Counted from the stretch's first letter, positions 38,714-53,910 are shown. The stretch: 64,000 nucleotides of DNA from Octopus sinensis (GCF_006345805.1 NC_043003.1:39432001-39496000); one strand, 5' to 3'. A program made the numbers and translations. Notes: a model not told the origin generated them from the letters alone.

Positions 38714-41700
38714 CACACATACATACATACATATATATGACAGGCTTCTTTCAGTTTCCATCTATCAAATCCTCTTACAAAGCTCTGGTCAGCATGAGGC
38801 TATAGTAAAAGACACTTGCCCAAAGTGCCACACAGTGGGACTGAACCTGGAACTATGTGGTTGAGAAGCAAGTTTCTTACCACATAGCTATGCCTGTGTG
38901 ATTTTTACATATTAAAAAAAAATATCTGATGAATTACAAATCAGCTGTCTGCATCATTATTATTCTTTCTAATCTGGGCACAAAGCCAGTAATTTTGAAG
39001 GGAAGGGGAAAATCAATTACGTTGACCCCAGTATTTGACTAGTACTTTATTTTCATCAACCGCAAAAGGATTAAAGCTAATTTGACCTTGGCAAGATTTG
39101 AACTCAGAATATGAGTCAGAAGTAATACTGCTCAGCATTTTATCTGATAATGACTCTGCCAGCTTGGCACCTCCTGCTCCATTATAATAAAGCAGAAAAG
39201 GATTCAGTTCCTTACCGCTATTCAAACAGAACACCAATCCCACAAACCTGAAAAGACCTACAAAGATTATATGTATTGCAGCTCCTCTCACTAATTTTAT
39301 AAAATATTATTTTATTATTCTTAATAGCCATTGGATCATTAAGCACTTGAGTAAATTCAACATGGGCATGGGTGCACAGTTAAGAAGCTCGCTTGGCAAC
39401 ACTATGGTTTTAGGTTCAGTCTTCTTGCATGGCACCTTGGGCAATTTATTTGTTGTTTTCTACTATAGCTCTAGGCTGACCAATGCTTTGTAGACAGAAA
39501 TTGTAAGGAAGCCTATCATGTGTATGTGAGTGTGTGTGTGTTTGTATGTATACTCTCTTTTATTCTTTTATTTGTTTCAGTCATTTGACTGTGGTCATGC
39601 TGGAGCACCGCCTTTAGTCAAGCAAATCGACCCCAGGACTTATTCTTTGTAAGCCTAGTACATATTCTATCGGTCTCTTTTGCCCAACTGCTAAGTTACA
39701 GGGACGTAAACACACCAGCATCAGTTGTCAAGTGATGTTGGAGGGACAGACACAGACACACAAACATATACACACACATACACATATATATATACATATA
39801 TACGACAGGCTTCTTTCAGTTTCCGTCTACCAAATCCACTCACAAGGCTTTGGTCAGCCCAAGGCTATATTAGAAAACACTTGCCCAAGGTGCCATGCAA
39901 TGGAACTGAACCCAGAACCATGTATGTACGTATGTGTATATGTGTGTGTCTTTGTGTTGTGTTTGTCCCCCACCACTGCTTGACAACCAGTGCTGGTTTG
40001 TTTACATCCCCCATAACTTAGTAGTTTGGCCAAAGAAGCTTTGGGAATAAGCTCCAGACTCAAAAAATAAGTATTAGGGTCAATTTGTTCAACTATACTC
40101 TTCAAAGCTGTGCTCCAGCATGACCACAATCCAATGGCTGATACAAGCAGGAGACAAAAGTTAAAAAAACCTCTTACCTGTGAGGAAGGACTGGGTGAAG
40201 TAGAAACCAGAAATCCAGAATGTTGTTGGTGGGCCCTTCTCAATCCAATCCTGGAAGAATTTCAACCTAGAGAAGAATGAACATGTGTAGTTTGAATGTC
40301 CTTCGGAAATGTCCATAACTTTTCATGTCTGATATAATCCTAGACTTTAGTATGAATCTAGTCCATCTTCAGTGTAAAGTATTAGTATTAGCAAAGTTTT
40401 AGTATTGCACCAAACTCTTAGAAAACAAAACACTCTTAGATCAATGCAGAGGAGAGCAAAATCAATAAATACAGAAGCCTGGACAGCTGTTATCAGTTTG
40501 TGCCAGTCACCCTTGAAACATGGTGTTATAGGACCCCATACTACCGATTTCCTCCACAAAATATGGAATGGTAGCCCATTGGAGAAATAAGAGGTGGTGC
40601 TGAAAAGTCCCTGGTTTTCAGTAAAAGAAAATACAGGAGAATCAGTTAATTATGGTTTTATTTAATGTATCCCTCTCTCAGATTCACACACTTATTGCAG
40701 TGGTCCTTTAGTTTCTCTAAGCCCTGTAAAAGAACTCAGAAGTTTGGGCCTCCAACCAGGCTTTTCACAATACCCTTAAAGCCATGACCTTTGCAGAACC
40801 ACCTTGCTTGTATGCAAGGTAAAAGAAAATACAGAAGAATCAGTTAATTATGATTTTAGTCAACATATTCCATTCTGAGATTCATGCACTTATTGAACTC
40901 AGAAAGTGAGTCTCCAAACAGGCCTTTCATGAAACCCTTAAAGCCAGGAACTTTTCAGCACTTCTTCATAAGGTGGAGTGAGTGGCTGCTGCAGCAATTA
41001 TTGTTGGCCATTCTCCATGGTAACACCGTTGCAGTTACAACCACAGGGCGCAGCTAAACACCCTATTTGTTCTGACACATGCGGCCCATCACCCCTTTCC
41101 CTTCCATCTTCCACTGCTTGACACCTACCACTTTTTCTTTTCCTTTTCTTTCTTTTCCTTTTTTATCTTTCTTCTCTCCGGTTCCTTTGTATTTAAATGT
41201 TCTTATAAAGTAAAGATGTCAATACCAGAATATGACTGGTGCTAATTTACTGGTCTCCTAAAAATTGGTTCTCTCTGGTTCTCTCTGGTCCTCACTGCTA
41301 TCAGCAGACATCCATATTTTCCAGCATACAAGTCAGCATAGTGTAAACATGTAGTGTAAATATTCAAACATCTTCACTATCTTTCCAACTCCTGCTACAT
41401 TTCACATGGAATTTTTTACTCTCCATAGTTGTCTTGGTATATAAGTTGACCTACCGCTTTTGGCTGAAAACTTTGGTCGGAAAAATTTCCCTTATATGCC
41501 AGAAAATACAGTATAGTGTATCTTAAAGTTTGGCTTTAAAATTGGAAATACTGTAGAAATAATTATTTCAAATTTTGGTACAAGGCCAACAATTTGTGTG
41601 GAGGAGGTAAATTGATTATATCAATCCAAGTATTTAACCGGTACTTACTTATCAACCCCCAAAAGTGATGAGAGGCAAATTGGCCTTGATGGAACTTGAA

Positions 41701-43143
41701 CTCAGAACATGAAGATTAACAAAATACTGCTAAGCATTTCATTCAGCATGCCAACAATTCTGCCAGCTTGCTGTCTTAAGTACTGTAGAAATATTGGAAT
41801 TCTACCAATGAAAGTGTCAGCTGTACACTGGCTGACACTACAAATCTCTACCATTAATTGTATCAATGTACACTGATTGTAGAGATGTCCACCACTAACA
41901 ATGGTATCATCTGTTCACTGTCTGTACACACGTCTACCACAAACAGTGATAGATATGTGTACATTAACATTTGTACATTAACATTGTTATCTGTACATAG
42001 GCTGTCCAGATGTTTGCCGCTAGCACTGTCGTCTTTACATTGACTGTACAAATGGGTACCACCACCAGTGTCATATGTATACTGACTGTACACTGATGTT
42101 GACCACAAGGTGTGTCATCTGTTAAACAAAGAGAAAGAAAATGAAGAACAGTAGGAGAGAAAGAGGCAGACAGGAAGAGACAGCATAGTAGACAAACAGA
42201 GAAACACAGAATGAGACATGGGCACATAGAATAAAAAATAAAGTGAGAGAGAGAAAGTGAAAAAGAAAATAAGATGACAAGAAACAAAAAGCTAGAGGCA
42301 TGGAGAGAGAGATCAGATGACAGGAAAGGTTGAGAGAGAGAGAGAAAGAGAGTGGGTGGGGTGAATGATAGAAAGTAAGAATGAGAGAATAAGAGACAGA
42401 ATAAGAAATCAGCTTTTAGCAACAGTATAAGAGAGAGGCAAAGGGAAAGAAAGAAAAAAAGAAGGAAGGAATACAAGGATGAGAAAAATAAGAATAATAT
42501 AAATGCAGAAATCTAAAAGGTAGGTAACACATTACCTTGCTAAGTAATCATTAATATAGCTGCCTAATGGCTTGAGAGAGGGGTAGGACTTTGCTGCCCA
42601 TGCGGAAGGAACACGACCAACCAACATACTGGAGAAAACTTCTTCTAAGCTGGCAGACATCACTACAAGACCTTTGATGGCTTTGCACAAACTCTTAAGA
42701 GTCTCTCGCACTACTGAAGTTAGTCTGTTGAAGCGGATCAATTCTTGCCGAAGAACTGTGTTCATCGATTCTGTATACAACACTGGATATTTTTGTATCA
42801 CCTGAGTTTGTGGTGGCAGAGAGAAAAAGAAAAGATTAGAATAACTTCATTTGGTATTTCCATGTTAAGAAGGATCGGATTCTTACAGAAAATATATTAC
42901 ATTGTCAAGGAAAAACCACAAAATCAATTAAAAACTACTCAAAATATATGAGAGAGACTACCTGGATTTGTTTTCAATATTTCAAGGATTGAAGAGGGTG
43001 TAGATACAAACATACACGCATACACACATGCAATAAATGTTTCCAATATAGAAACAAGCACAAGACCAGTAAAAAATACTGCAAGGCATTTTACTGAGCA
43101 CTTTAACCATTCAACCAATGTGTGCACACACACACACACACAT

Positions 43144-43192
<49 letters not shown>

Positions 43193-44044
43193 AGAAATAC
43201 TGAATTTCTAAATCTCTCGTAGAGACATGTACAGTGGTGGAGCGATAGAATGGTTGTATACTGTCAATCTAACACGAACGTGACAGTAGGGGGTACACCA
43301 CCGCTGTATAGCCCTAGGAAGCATCGAACGCCTCCTGATGGCTTTGACACATTTTTCCTGTGTCCTTATATACATTTACGAAGGGGAGACAAACACCCCT
43401 GGCCGCCGAAGCTGCATCTAGGGTCACGTGTTTCAGGATCGTTGTCCTTCATCGGCCTAGAGTAGCAGACACCGGTCAGTTGGTGATATTTGTCTCGACT
43501 TCACAATTGTATATATCTATAATTCAGTGAAGTCTATTCACTGATTATCAAAATAAGAAATACTGAATTTCTAAATCTCTCGTAGAGACATGTACGGTGG
43601 TGGGGCGATAGAATGGTTGTATACTGTCAATCTAACATGAAAGTGACAGTAGGGGGTACACCACCGCTGTATAGCCCTAGGAAGCATCGAACACCTCCTG
43701 ATGGCTTTGACACATTTTTCCTGTGTCCTTATATACATTTACAAAGGGGAGACAAACACCCCCGGCTGCTGAAGCTGCATCTATATACAATTGCGAAGTC
43801 GAGACAAATATCACCAGCTGACCGGTGTCTGCTACTCTAGGCCGATGAAGGACAACGATCCTGAAACACGTGTCCCTAGATGCAGTTTCGGCGGACGGGG
43901 GTGTTTGTCTCCCCTTCATAAATGTATATAAGGACACAGGAAAAATGTGTCAAAGCCATCAGGAGGCGTTCGATGCTTCCTAGGGCTATACAGCGGTGGT
44001 GTACCCCCTACTGTCACTTTCGTGTTAGATTGACAGTATACAAC

Positions 44045-44081
<37 letters not shown>

Positions 44082-47000
44082 TATAAACTAAAACAGGGAG
44101 TTTATCTTGCTACTCAAGTTTCATGCCACTGCAATCTTCAGGTGAGAATTGTTACAATTCAGTACTAATGGTGTATTTATATCCTTTGGTATGTGTTTGT
44201 AGTCAGGTGTTTATCAAAGATGTTTATACCAGTTAGAAAATATATAGTGAGAAGGAATCCTCTTGGAGTATTCCTCTTCTAATAAGAATGGGTTTCTTTT
44301 TATCATTCCTGTTTGTACCTGCAGAATTGTTTGTCATTTATGCATGACGTTTGCTAAACATGCTTGTTTTTAGTGTTATCTTATTGATGGCTAGTGTTTC
44401 AAGAATGAGGGTATGGAACACTCGGAAGTATTATGGTAATCAATCCATGCTTTGCTTACATCCTTGCTTATCCTTTGTAAGTCTTTGGTTAGAATTTTCT
44501 TTATCAGTAATTTGATCTTTACAACCAAGTCTTAGCAGAAACTTATCCTTTGCAGTTCCCCATCTGGCCAGACAAGATAATCTATTCTTCTGTGAAAGGG
44601 ATGCATTTCACTTGTCAGGAATCCCATCTGTTGCTAGCATCCTTTAGAAGATGTGCTTTGTAAGCTATAGTTGTTGGTGTGCAGATGTGCTGAGGCTGTA
44701 CCACCATCAGGTTTTCCAGTAAGGTGAACAAGTATAGTCATTATTTTTAAGATACACTTTCAGCAGTTTGTCTCTTTGACAGAGTTGCAGTCCTAGGTCA
44801 AGAAATGACAAAGATTGGGTGTCTCCATCTGAAATGTTGTCAGGCACTTACTAACCTCTACTAACCAGTTAATGAAGTTCCCCTTTAGAAGTTTAGTAGA
44901 GGAGGTAAGAGTGATGATGTTTTTGAGGAAGCTCTAGGCATTGACAAAGATGAACTGACTGGTCTGTTTCAGAGGACTTTTGAGCAGGGGTCTACTACAG
45001 ATAGCTTTCAGAAATCTTTGGCCTCGAAGTGCTACTGAGGAACACTACTAGTTCGATATGAACTCTGCAAATATAGAATTGCTACCAGGCAGGACTTCCC
45101 AAAAGGCACACAGAGTGACAAAACTGTAGTACAAGCTCTTATGTAGTATGTAGTATTTGAGCATTACTGATTTGTAAGTTGTCACATGTAGGATTGATCC
45201 TGCTGTCAGCTGAGTTCAATGTGAAAATCATTCTACCATCCTTCTTTAACATGGCTGAGCAGGCAGTGTTCCTCCCTCTAACAGCAATGGCAAAAGAGGT
45301 TGTGTGGTGGATGAGATTGAAAGGATTAAGGGTAAACACCCTTTTCCTCAGATGAGGTAAACACCTTTTACCTCATCAACTTTTCAGGTTCCACTGGGAA
45401 CAAAAAGTGAGGATGGAGAAGGAAGTGCTGTACTCCAGTGGTTTTGTCAAAAGGTGGGTGACTGTGATAACAACAGTTAAGTTGAATGGAATTACTCTAT
45501 GTGCCTGCTTATAGATACGAAAAATAACATTTCGGTGAGAGCTCAGAGTGATCCTGGATCCGTAAAGTTCCTTGGCATGCCTTAGTCAGAGGCACTCTTT
45601 TATTAGGAGGACTGCATCATCCATATATTCACATATTTTGCATATTAAGTATACTTTTATCACATTTTCCCCTCTTTCCTCTCTGTTTACACCCTCACCA
45701 TTTTTATATAAAGCCTCACACAAACTATAGCCTGTTCTTATAGTGTTTCCTTCACTGAGTGCCCCTGCGGAAAATGAAAGAAATTGTTGTTATTATTGTT
45801 ATCATTATCATCGTGAAAAGAAGAATGCTCTGCATTTTAAATGTGACTATTACCATTTCCATGTCATAATTTTCTGGAAGTTTCTGAAGAATATCTGTTG
45901 CCAACTCTTGAATTACCTCTCCTGACGATTTGCCTGCAGCAGATGTAACACGAGGAAGGGTCAAAAGAATTCCATTGAAAAGCTGCAACAGACAAAAAGG
46001 AAAAGGAATTGGGAGCTAACAATGGAATTCTGGGAATAAGTACAACAGATGGAACTGAAATACACATACACTATTCATAAATAACATACTATAGTGTTAT
46101 ATATTCAAGGGCTTCTGTCAATCAAAGTTTACCATACATCAACACATGTATACACAGGCCTGGGTATGATTTTTTTTTCTTTTTAGACAGATTAGCAATT
46201 GCCCATGCATGCAATTCTTCTCTCTACATGCCATTGATGTATAACAGAAGTGCTATCAATACAGCCATAACTGTCGGAAGGCAAAGATCCAGAACAAGTA
46301 ACCCAAGGCTCCTTATTTGACATTCTAACAATTCTAGCAATCCACTGTCTTGGATTGGTATTTCTTTCGTTTATCAACCCTGAAAGGATAAAAGGCAAAG
46401 CAGGCTTCAGCAGGATTTGAAAGGGAACCACAGTCTTGAAACAAATACCTGTTTCTTTACTACCCACAAGGGGCTAAACACAGAGGAGACAAACAAGGAC
46501 AGACAGACGGATTAAGTCGATTATATCAACCCAGTGCATAACTGGTACTTTATTTATCGACCCCGAAAGGATGAAAGGCAAAGTCGACGTCGGCGGAATT
46601 TGAACTCGGAACGTAAAAGACAGACGAAATACCGCTAAGCATGTCACCCGGTGCTCTAACGTTTCTGCCAGCTCACCGCCTTACAAATACCACAATGCGT
46701 TTTATCCAATGCACCATCCAGTTCAGTCCTTGTTGTGGTATGATGGCTTGTGCACTCAATGACTCTGAGAACTATGCCAGTAGAGTGCAAGCTCCTTTTA
46801 AGGCCTCCCTTACTGGACAAGTCAAAGAATAGAGACCACCTCACTATGATGATCATCATCCAGGTCATTATCTCCACCAATACAACAGTTGCACTCATCA
46901 TCAAAGTTATTGGTTATTATCACCACCAACTCAACTACTACCACCAAAACCACCACCACCACTACTATTACCACAGTCCTCGCTACAATCCGAAATGTCT

Positions 47001-47750
47001 ATCTTACCTCCTGTGTTTCACTGTTGTCCTTGGTGATGTCTGCATTCTCATGAAGTCCAAACACTTCAGGTGATGTAATGATGGGAAAACCTTTGATGTA
47101 CTTCACATAATCATCATAGTCACTTTCAGGTGGTGTGTAGTAGATACCTGACTGAGAAAATCTAACACACAAACATATATATATATATATATTATAGAAT
47201 AACCTGGCTGTTTGATTAATTATGTTGCATATGTGTGTGAATGCATGTATGTATATATTCTTGCATACATGTATGTTTCCTTATATGTATTTGTATGTAT
47301 GTGTATATAGTTGTGCTAATGTTCATGTGTATAATTGTGTATATGTAGATGTGCCTGCACATATATTTGTCTATACTTATGTGTTTTTATATCTATCTAT
47401 CAGTTTATGTATATATATACACATACACATGCATACATACACACATACACACATGCACACACATACATACACACATACATACACACACACACATACATAC
47501 ATACATACATATACTCTTTACTCTTTAACTCTTTTACTTGTTTCAGTCATTTGACTGTGGCCATGCTGGAGCACCACCTTTTAGTCAAGCAAATCGACTC
47601 CAGGACTTATTCTTCGTAAGCCTAGTACTTATTCTATCAGTCTCTTTTGCTGAACCACTAAGTTACGGGCACGTAAACACACCAACATTAGTTGTCAAGT
47701 GATGTTGTGGGGACAAACACAAACACACAAACATATACACACACACATAC

Positions 47751-47802
<52 letters not shown>

Positions 47803-48305
47803 GATGGGCTTCTTTCAGTTTCCATCTCCCAAATCCACTCACAAGGCTTTGGTCGACCCGAGGCTATAGTAGAAGACACTTGCCCAAGATGCTACGCAGT
47901 CGGACTGAATCCGGAACCATGTGGTTCGTAAGTAAGCTACTTACCACACAGCCACTCCTACACCTACATATAAATGTGTAAATAATTGCACATTGTTCTT
48001 TTACATGCAGAAAGCAGATACCAATCTATACATCCATCACAGGAACTTTACCTCTCCAAATTTGTTTTAAAATTTTAGGGCTGTCACCATTGGTGTTTGA
48101 AAAGTAGGTTAGCATAGATTGTAAGAGAGCTGGAATGGAGGCAAGCAGAAGTCTACTGCATTCAAGAAGCAAGATGAAGGGGAGACTCCTCACAAGCAAG
48201 AAACAAGTGTAATACCTTGGCTAAGGGTCTTCTTCTATAACCCCAAGCTGATCAAAGCCTTGTGAGTAGATTTGGTAGACAAAACCTGAAAGAAACTTGG
48301 CATAA

Positions 48306-48366
<61 letters not shown>

Positions 48367-51300
48367 AGGGCATCCAGTTGCTGAAACTATGCCAAAACAG
48401 AACAGCAGAGGTTGGTTTAGTCTTCTGACTTGTCTGTTCCTGTTAAACCACCCAATGCAATAGAAAATGGACATTAAATGATGACGATGATGATGATGAA
48501 GGTGATGACGATGATGACAGTATATGTGTATGTAATTACGTGTATGTTTCAGTGTACCCTTGTCTTGACATCAAGTGATGGCTGTAAACAAGCATCACCA
48601 TTATACATGCAGTGTTGTTTACTGCCAGTCTTTTATGGAAAACTCATTTACACACACATACATACATATATATATATATATATTACATAAATACACACTG
48701 TACACAGACAAACATGCTATCTATACAGGTATAAACTCATAAAGAAGATAAATAGAGTGCACATACTGATAGTTTGACTCAGTGGCAATTTCATAGTTCA
48801 GGAAGTTGGACAACATTGACATCAAAAGACGACGGTCCTTGTCATCTGTGACACGACCACCATAATTACAGTGGCCAGTCAAATAGGTCAGTGCTGCAAT
48901 GGGCAGGTGCTCATAATCATTTAGGAACATCTGGTGAACACAACAATAATTATATAGTTAGAATAGCATAGTGGGAAAGCTAACATATGCAAAACATATG
49001 AATATCTAACACATGTCTCAAAAGTAATGCATAAACAAGAATAATTTAGGTGATTCTACCAATATGTATAGGTAGAGTAATTCTTCATTTATAGAAGCCT
49101 TTCTTTCTTTTCTTCTTCACTGCAGCAAATACTGGGTTTCAGGCAGAAGCAGTGAACCATCATTGAGTTGTTGATGAAGGAGTGGTGCAAGCTGTCTGAC
49201 ATCTACAGAAGGCAACAAAGTTATTTACAGAGACAGTGTCATTGACAAGAGTAATGTGCACAGATGGATGAAGAATTATCCAAAAGAAGAAACTAGCATT
49301 GAAGACAAACCACACAGTGGGAGACCCCAATTGCAAAAGCTGGCACAAATTGTCAGCAAATTGCCATGTTTGCAGGCACAATTGCAAGCTAACATGGATA
49401 GATGAGTCATCATCCACAAGCTTGCTGCATCAGTGGACTATGGTTAGTCCATTGCAGAAGATGGTGAAAGACTCTGTTATCAGAAAGTGTGCCCAAAGTG
49501 AGTACCTCAGTAGATGATTTGAAGAAGAAAAGGCTGAAAGACTACTCTAGTCTACTGAAAGTGTTAAGTCAATAAAGACACGTTTTATTTCTGATCTGGT
49601 GACAGGGGATGAAACATGAGCATATCCTGGAAATGAAGTCTCTGGTACTATAATACAAACTTGCTGTTTTAAAATGACCTAAATCAAAGCTTCCATCAAG
49701 ATTTCAGGTTAATATATTTCAAATACCAGCTTAATTCTTAAATTAAAAAAAAATTAATTTAAATGAAGGCAGTGTATTTCAATAGAAATGTGGTAACAAA
49801 AAGGTTAAGAGCCATGATTGACACAGAAAGTCATGGTGACAGCACAAAGTCATAACACACAGCCTTACATATATATCATATACAATATACAACTACACAC
49901 ATACATGTGGCAGTGTATGACGTAACTACATTTATACACTGCATACACAAAACACCTACATACATGCAGTAGCTGCATATGAAATACAATTGCATATGTT
50001 CACAGTCGACTACACATGCATACAGCAGTATTTAACACATACAAGTGTAGATGACATATAACAAAGTACATACAGTCATGTACACAGATACAGCAGTACA
50101 TAACACAGAAGTACACACATAATACAGAGTATAATAGAGTTACCCATACGCATATACAGCTGTGTATATTCTACATACATACGGCCATGTAGAACACACA
50201 TCTCTGCATACATACAGCTTATATAATACAGCAATAACACCATGCACAACAAAGGAATGCATGATATATAACATGTAGAAGTGTGTGAAGTTCTACCTAC
50301 CAACATCTGTCTCATGCTGATCCGCAGGTCGGATTCATTAAATCCATATGGAATGTTCCATCCGAGATGTCCAAAGCTGCGTCGTTCTTGTACAAGGGCA
50401 TGGAAAAAACAGAGACCAAACAACAGTTTGTGCCATACTTCTGGCTGTTGGTAGCATGAAGAGAAAGAAAGAGATAGTGTGAGAGAGAGAGGTAATCATT
50501 ATCATCATCATCATCATTTAACGTCGGTTTTCCATGCTGGCATGGGTTGGACAGTTTGACAGGAATTGGCCAGCTGGAGAGCTGCGCCAGGCTCCAGTTG
50601 TCTGTTTTGGCATGGCTTCTGCAGCAGGATACCCTTCCTAACACCATTCACTTCACAGAGTGTACTGGGTGCTGTTTATGTGACACTGGCACAGGTGCCT
50701 TCGATGGGCACCAGCATGGTTGCTTTTTACATGGTATTAGCATAGATTTTGTTTGACATGGCACTGGTCTATGTGCCTTTTACATGTATGCGGAACTAGC
50801 ATGGGTGCTTCCTACATGGCACCAGCACAAGTTCTTTTTACACGGCACCAAAATGGATGTTTTATGTGGTATGTACAGTTATTGATGGTGATGTATAAGA
50901 GATGTGTGTTGAAGAGTGGTTAGATGGGTAAATAAAGGAGGAATATAAGAGAGACGAAGAAAATGCTATGTATAGTGGGAGATGACAAAGAAATGAAATA
51001 GAGAGATAGATAGATAGAGAGAGAGAGAGAGTAAGAGTGTGTGTGAGAGAGAGAATAAGAGTGTGTGAGAGAGAGTAAGAATGTGTGTGAGAGAGTGTAA
51101 GAGTGTGTGTGTGTGTGTGAGAGTGTAAGAGGGTGTGTGTGAGAGAGAGAGAGAGTAGGAGTGTGAGTGAGAGAGAGAAAGAGTGTGTGAGAGAGAAAGA
51201 GAATAAGAGTGTGTGTGAGAGATGTGTGAGAGAGAGTGAGTGAGAGTGTGTATGTGTGAGAAAGAAAGAGAGAAAGAGGGAAAGAAAGAAAATAAGAAAG

Positions 51301-52898
51301 GAAGGAAGGAAGGAAGAAAGAAAGAAAGAGAGAGGGAAGTGATGGAAGAGACAGGATACATTGAAGTAGGAAGGAAGATCTGAAGGAAGTGAAGGGAGAT
51401 AAGTATAACATGCAATAATTTAAACCCACCATAGGTGGTGAGCTGGCAGAATTGTTACTGCACCAGGCAAAATGCTTAGCAGAATTTCGTTTGTCCTTAC
51501 ATTCTAAGTTCAAATAATTTTACCTTTCGTCTTTTTGGGGGTTGATAAAATAAGTACCAGTTGAGCACTGGGGTCAATGTAAACAACTTACGCCTTTCCC
51601 TAAAGTCGTTGGCCTCCTACCAAAATTTGAAATCAATATTATAAACACACTAATACTTTAATGCATAAGCTTTACAGCAACCAATACTTTAAAGCAACGC
51701 TAGAATATTACACTAACATCAACAGTTCACCCACATTGCACCATCACATCAACAAGCACCACAAGCTTCAGCACAATAATACAATGCCAGAACAGTATAG
51801 CAACATTATAGCAACACTGTGTGAACAAACTTCAACACTACAGCACAATATCAGATCAATAAAGTAACAAACACTGGTACAAAACAGTATTAGAACACCA
51901 GCATTACACCAGAACTATAATTGCATCTTCAACACTATATGAGGAGGTGCTGAAAAGTTCCTAGCTTTAAGGGTATTGTGAAAGACCTGGCTGGAGGTCC
52001 AACCTTCCAAGATCTTTTACAGGGCTTAGAAAAACTGAAAAACTGCTGCAATAACTCAATAAATCTGAGAGGGAAATATGTTGAATAAAATCGTAATTTC
52101 TTTTACCCAAAGACGGGAATTTTTCAGCACCCCCTTGTACAGGGTGCAGCAGAAATACCTCCCACATTTGAAAGGTTGACAAAAGGAAAAAGAACAACAT
52201 TTATGAACAATTAATTTTACTGCTGTTTAAACAAAGGGTTACAGTTTTTGTTCATTAGCTAAATGAAAATATTGTTGGCACTTGCATAAGTTCATTAGCA
52301 ACACATAGGTGAAAGTTTAAAATGTGGGAGGTATTTCTGCCACACCCTGTATATGCACTTTAACAACCGACACTGATTAGAAAATAGACATTTTAATCTT
52401 AAAAGAAACTGAAAGGTCAAGTTTGTGTTTAGTTGAGTTTACCTTGTTGCACCCATTAAAGAAGGTGAAGTCTGAAATGGGGTCATTCAAGAATGATCTA
52501 AGCATATTAGCCCTTAAACCTTTTGGTGGTTCATTGGTCATCTTCACACCTGTAACGAAAACAAAACAGAGATTTGTTGAAGACATAGCAACCAATCTAT
52601 AATGGAGACTAAAGCAAGAACAGGAAAAGAGACATACTCAGTGATATGCTCAGTGAAGGAGACAAAAACAACAACAATCATAGCAGAAAAGGTGCAAGAA
52701 GGGGACAATATAATGCTGTGGCTGGATAAAGGATCTGTGAGGGTCCTCAATGAGAGCTCTCAGTGTGGATGCCAAATGAATTTCCAAAATGAAGATCATC
52801 TGTGTGTGACAGTTCTCAGTGAATTTCCTGAGTAAGCGGCATCAGTGACAGTTTTCACTAAGAATCCTTAGTTAAAATCTTCAATCATACTGGCAACA

Positions 52899-52970
<72 letters not shown>

Positions 52971-53012
52971 TCTTTCTTCTCCTGTCTCTGTATCTCTCTA
53001 GAAGAAATTGGC

Positions 53013-53048
<36 letters not shown>

Positions 53049-53846
53049 ATGAAACAGATAGATAGTGAGTGACATACCATTTTGTAATATTGAAACTGGA
53101 AATTTGTCTGAAGGGTAACTAGTCAACCAAAGCCGAAATTCTTCATGAGTGTTTTCTGGTATGATTACCTGTGCTCACAAAATACAAGAATAGATAGATG
53201 AGGCAATATTTAAAACATCACAAAAACAGAAACATATTTGAGTCACAAGGTAATCAGTTCAATTCCCATTAACAGATGGAGCTGTAACAAACTCTTGCTT
53301 CAGTTCTTCGGTCCTTGTCCAATTTTCTTTTTCCTTTATTTTTCATTGTTGATGTTATTGTAAGTGTTCCCCTTTAGCTCCAGGTCAACATCTGATTCAT
53401 CGAGCCTTATATAAAAGAGAATTCCATCCATGACCACCATGTTTTAAGTGCCTCTAGAACTGTATTATCTAATGTGTCTTACTCTTTTTACTCTTTTTAC
53501 TTGTTTCAGTCATCTGACTACAGCCATGCTGGAGCACCGCATTTAGTCGAGCAAATCGACCCCAGGACTTATTCTTTGTAAGCCTTGTACTTATTCATTC
53601 GGTCTCTTTTTGCCGAACCGCTAAGTTACGGGGACATAAACACACCAGCATCAGTTGTCAAGCGATGGTGGCAGGGGGAGTGGTAAACAAACACAGACAC
53701 ACAAACACATACACACACATACATGTATATATATATCACCTTGATCACCTTGACTGACCAGTCTATCAGGCGTCCATTTGACACTGATGGCCACAGCACG
53801 CTGTCCACTCCTCTCTGGATCGCGACGGTGGAGATACGATTTCAGT

Positions 53847-53910
<64 letters not shown>

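Larger units (their letters stand above)
43186..44052. mobile_element. Hammerhead-bearing non-coding element: 363-nt monomer, truncated direct copy and inverted copy (retrozyme/Penelope pseudo-LTR-like)
   Basis: Direct units at 43186-43549 and 43550-43782; inverted copy at 43783-44052; flanked by (TA)n. Confidence 0.8.

Noticed and set aside
50325-50360. PYGFNESD as a genomically fixed A-to-G edit of PYEFNESD
   Set aside because: From recall, Gly occurs naturally here in related inner-arm dyneins, so it is not informative.
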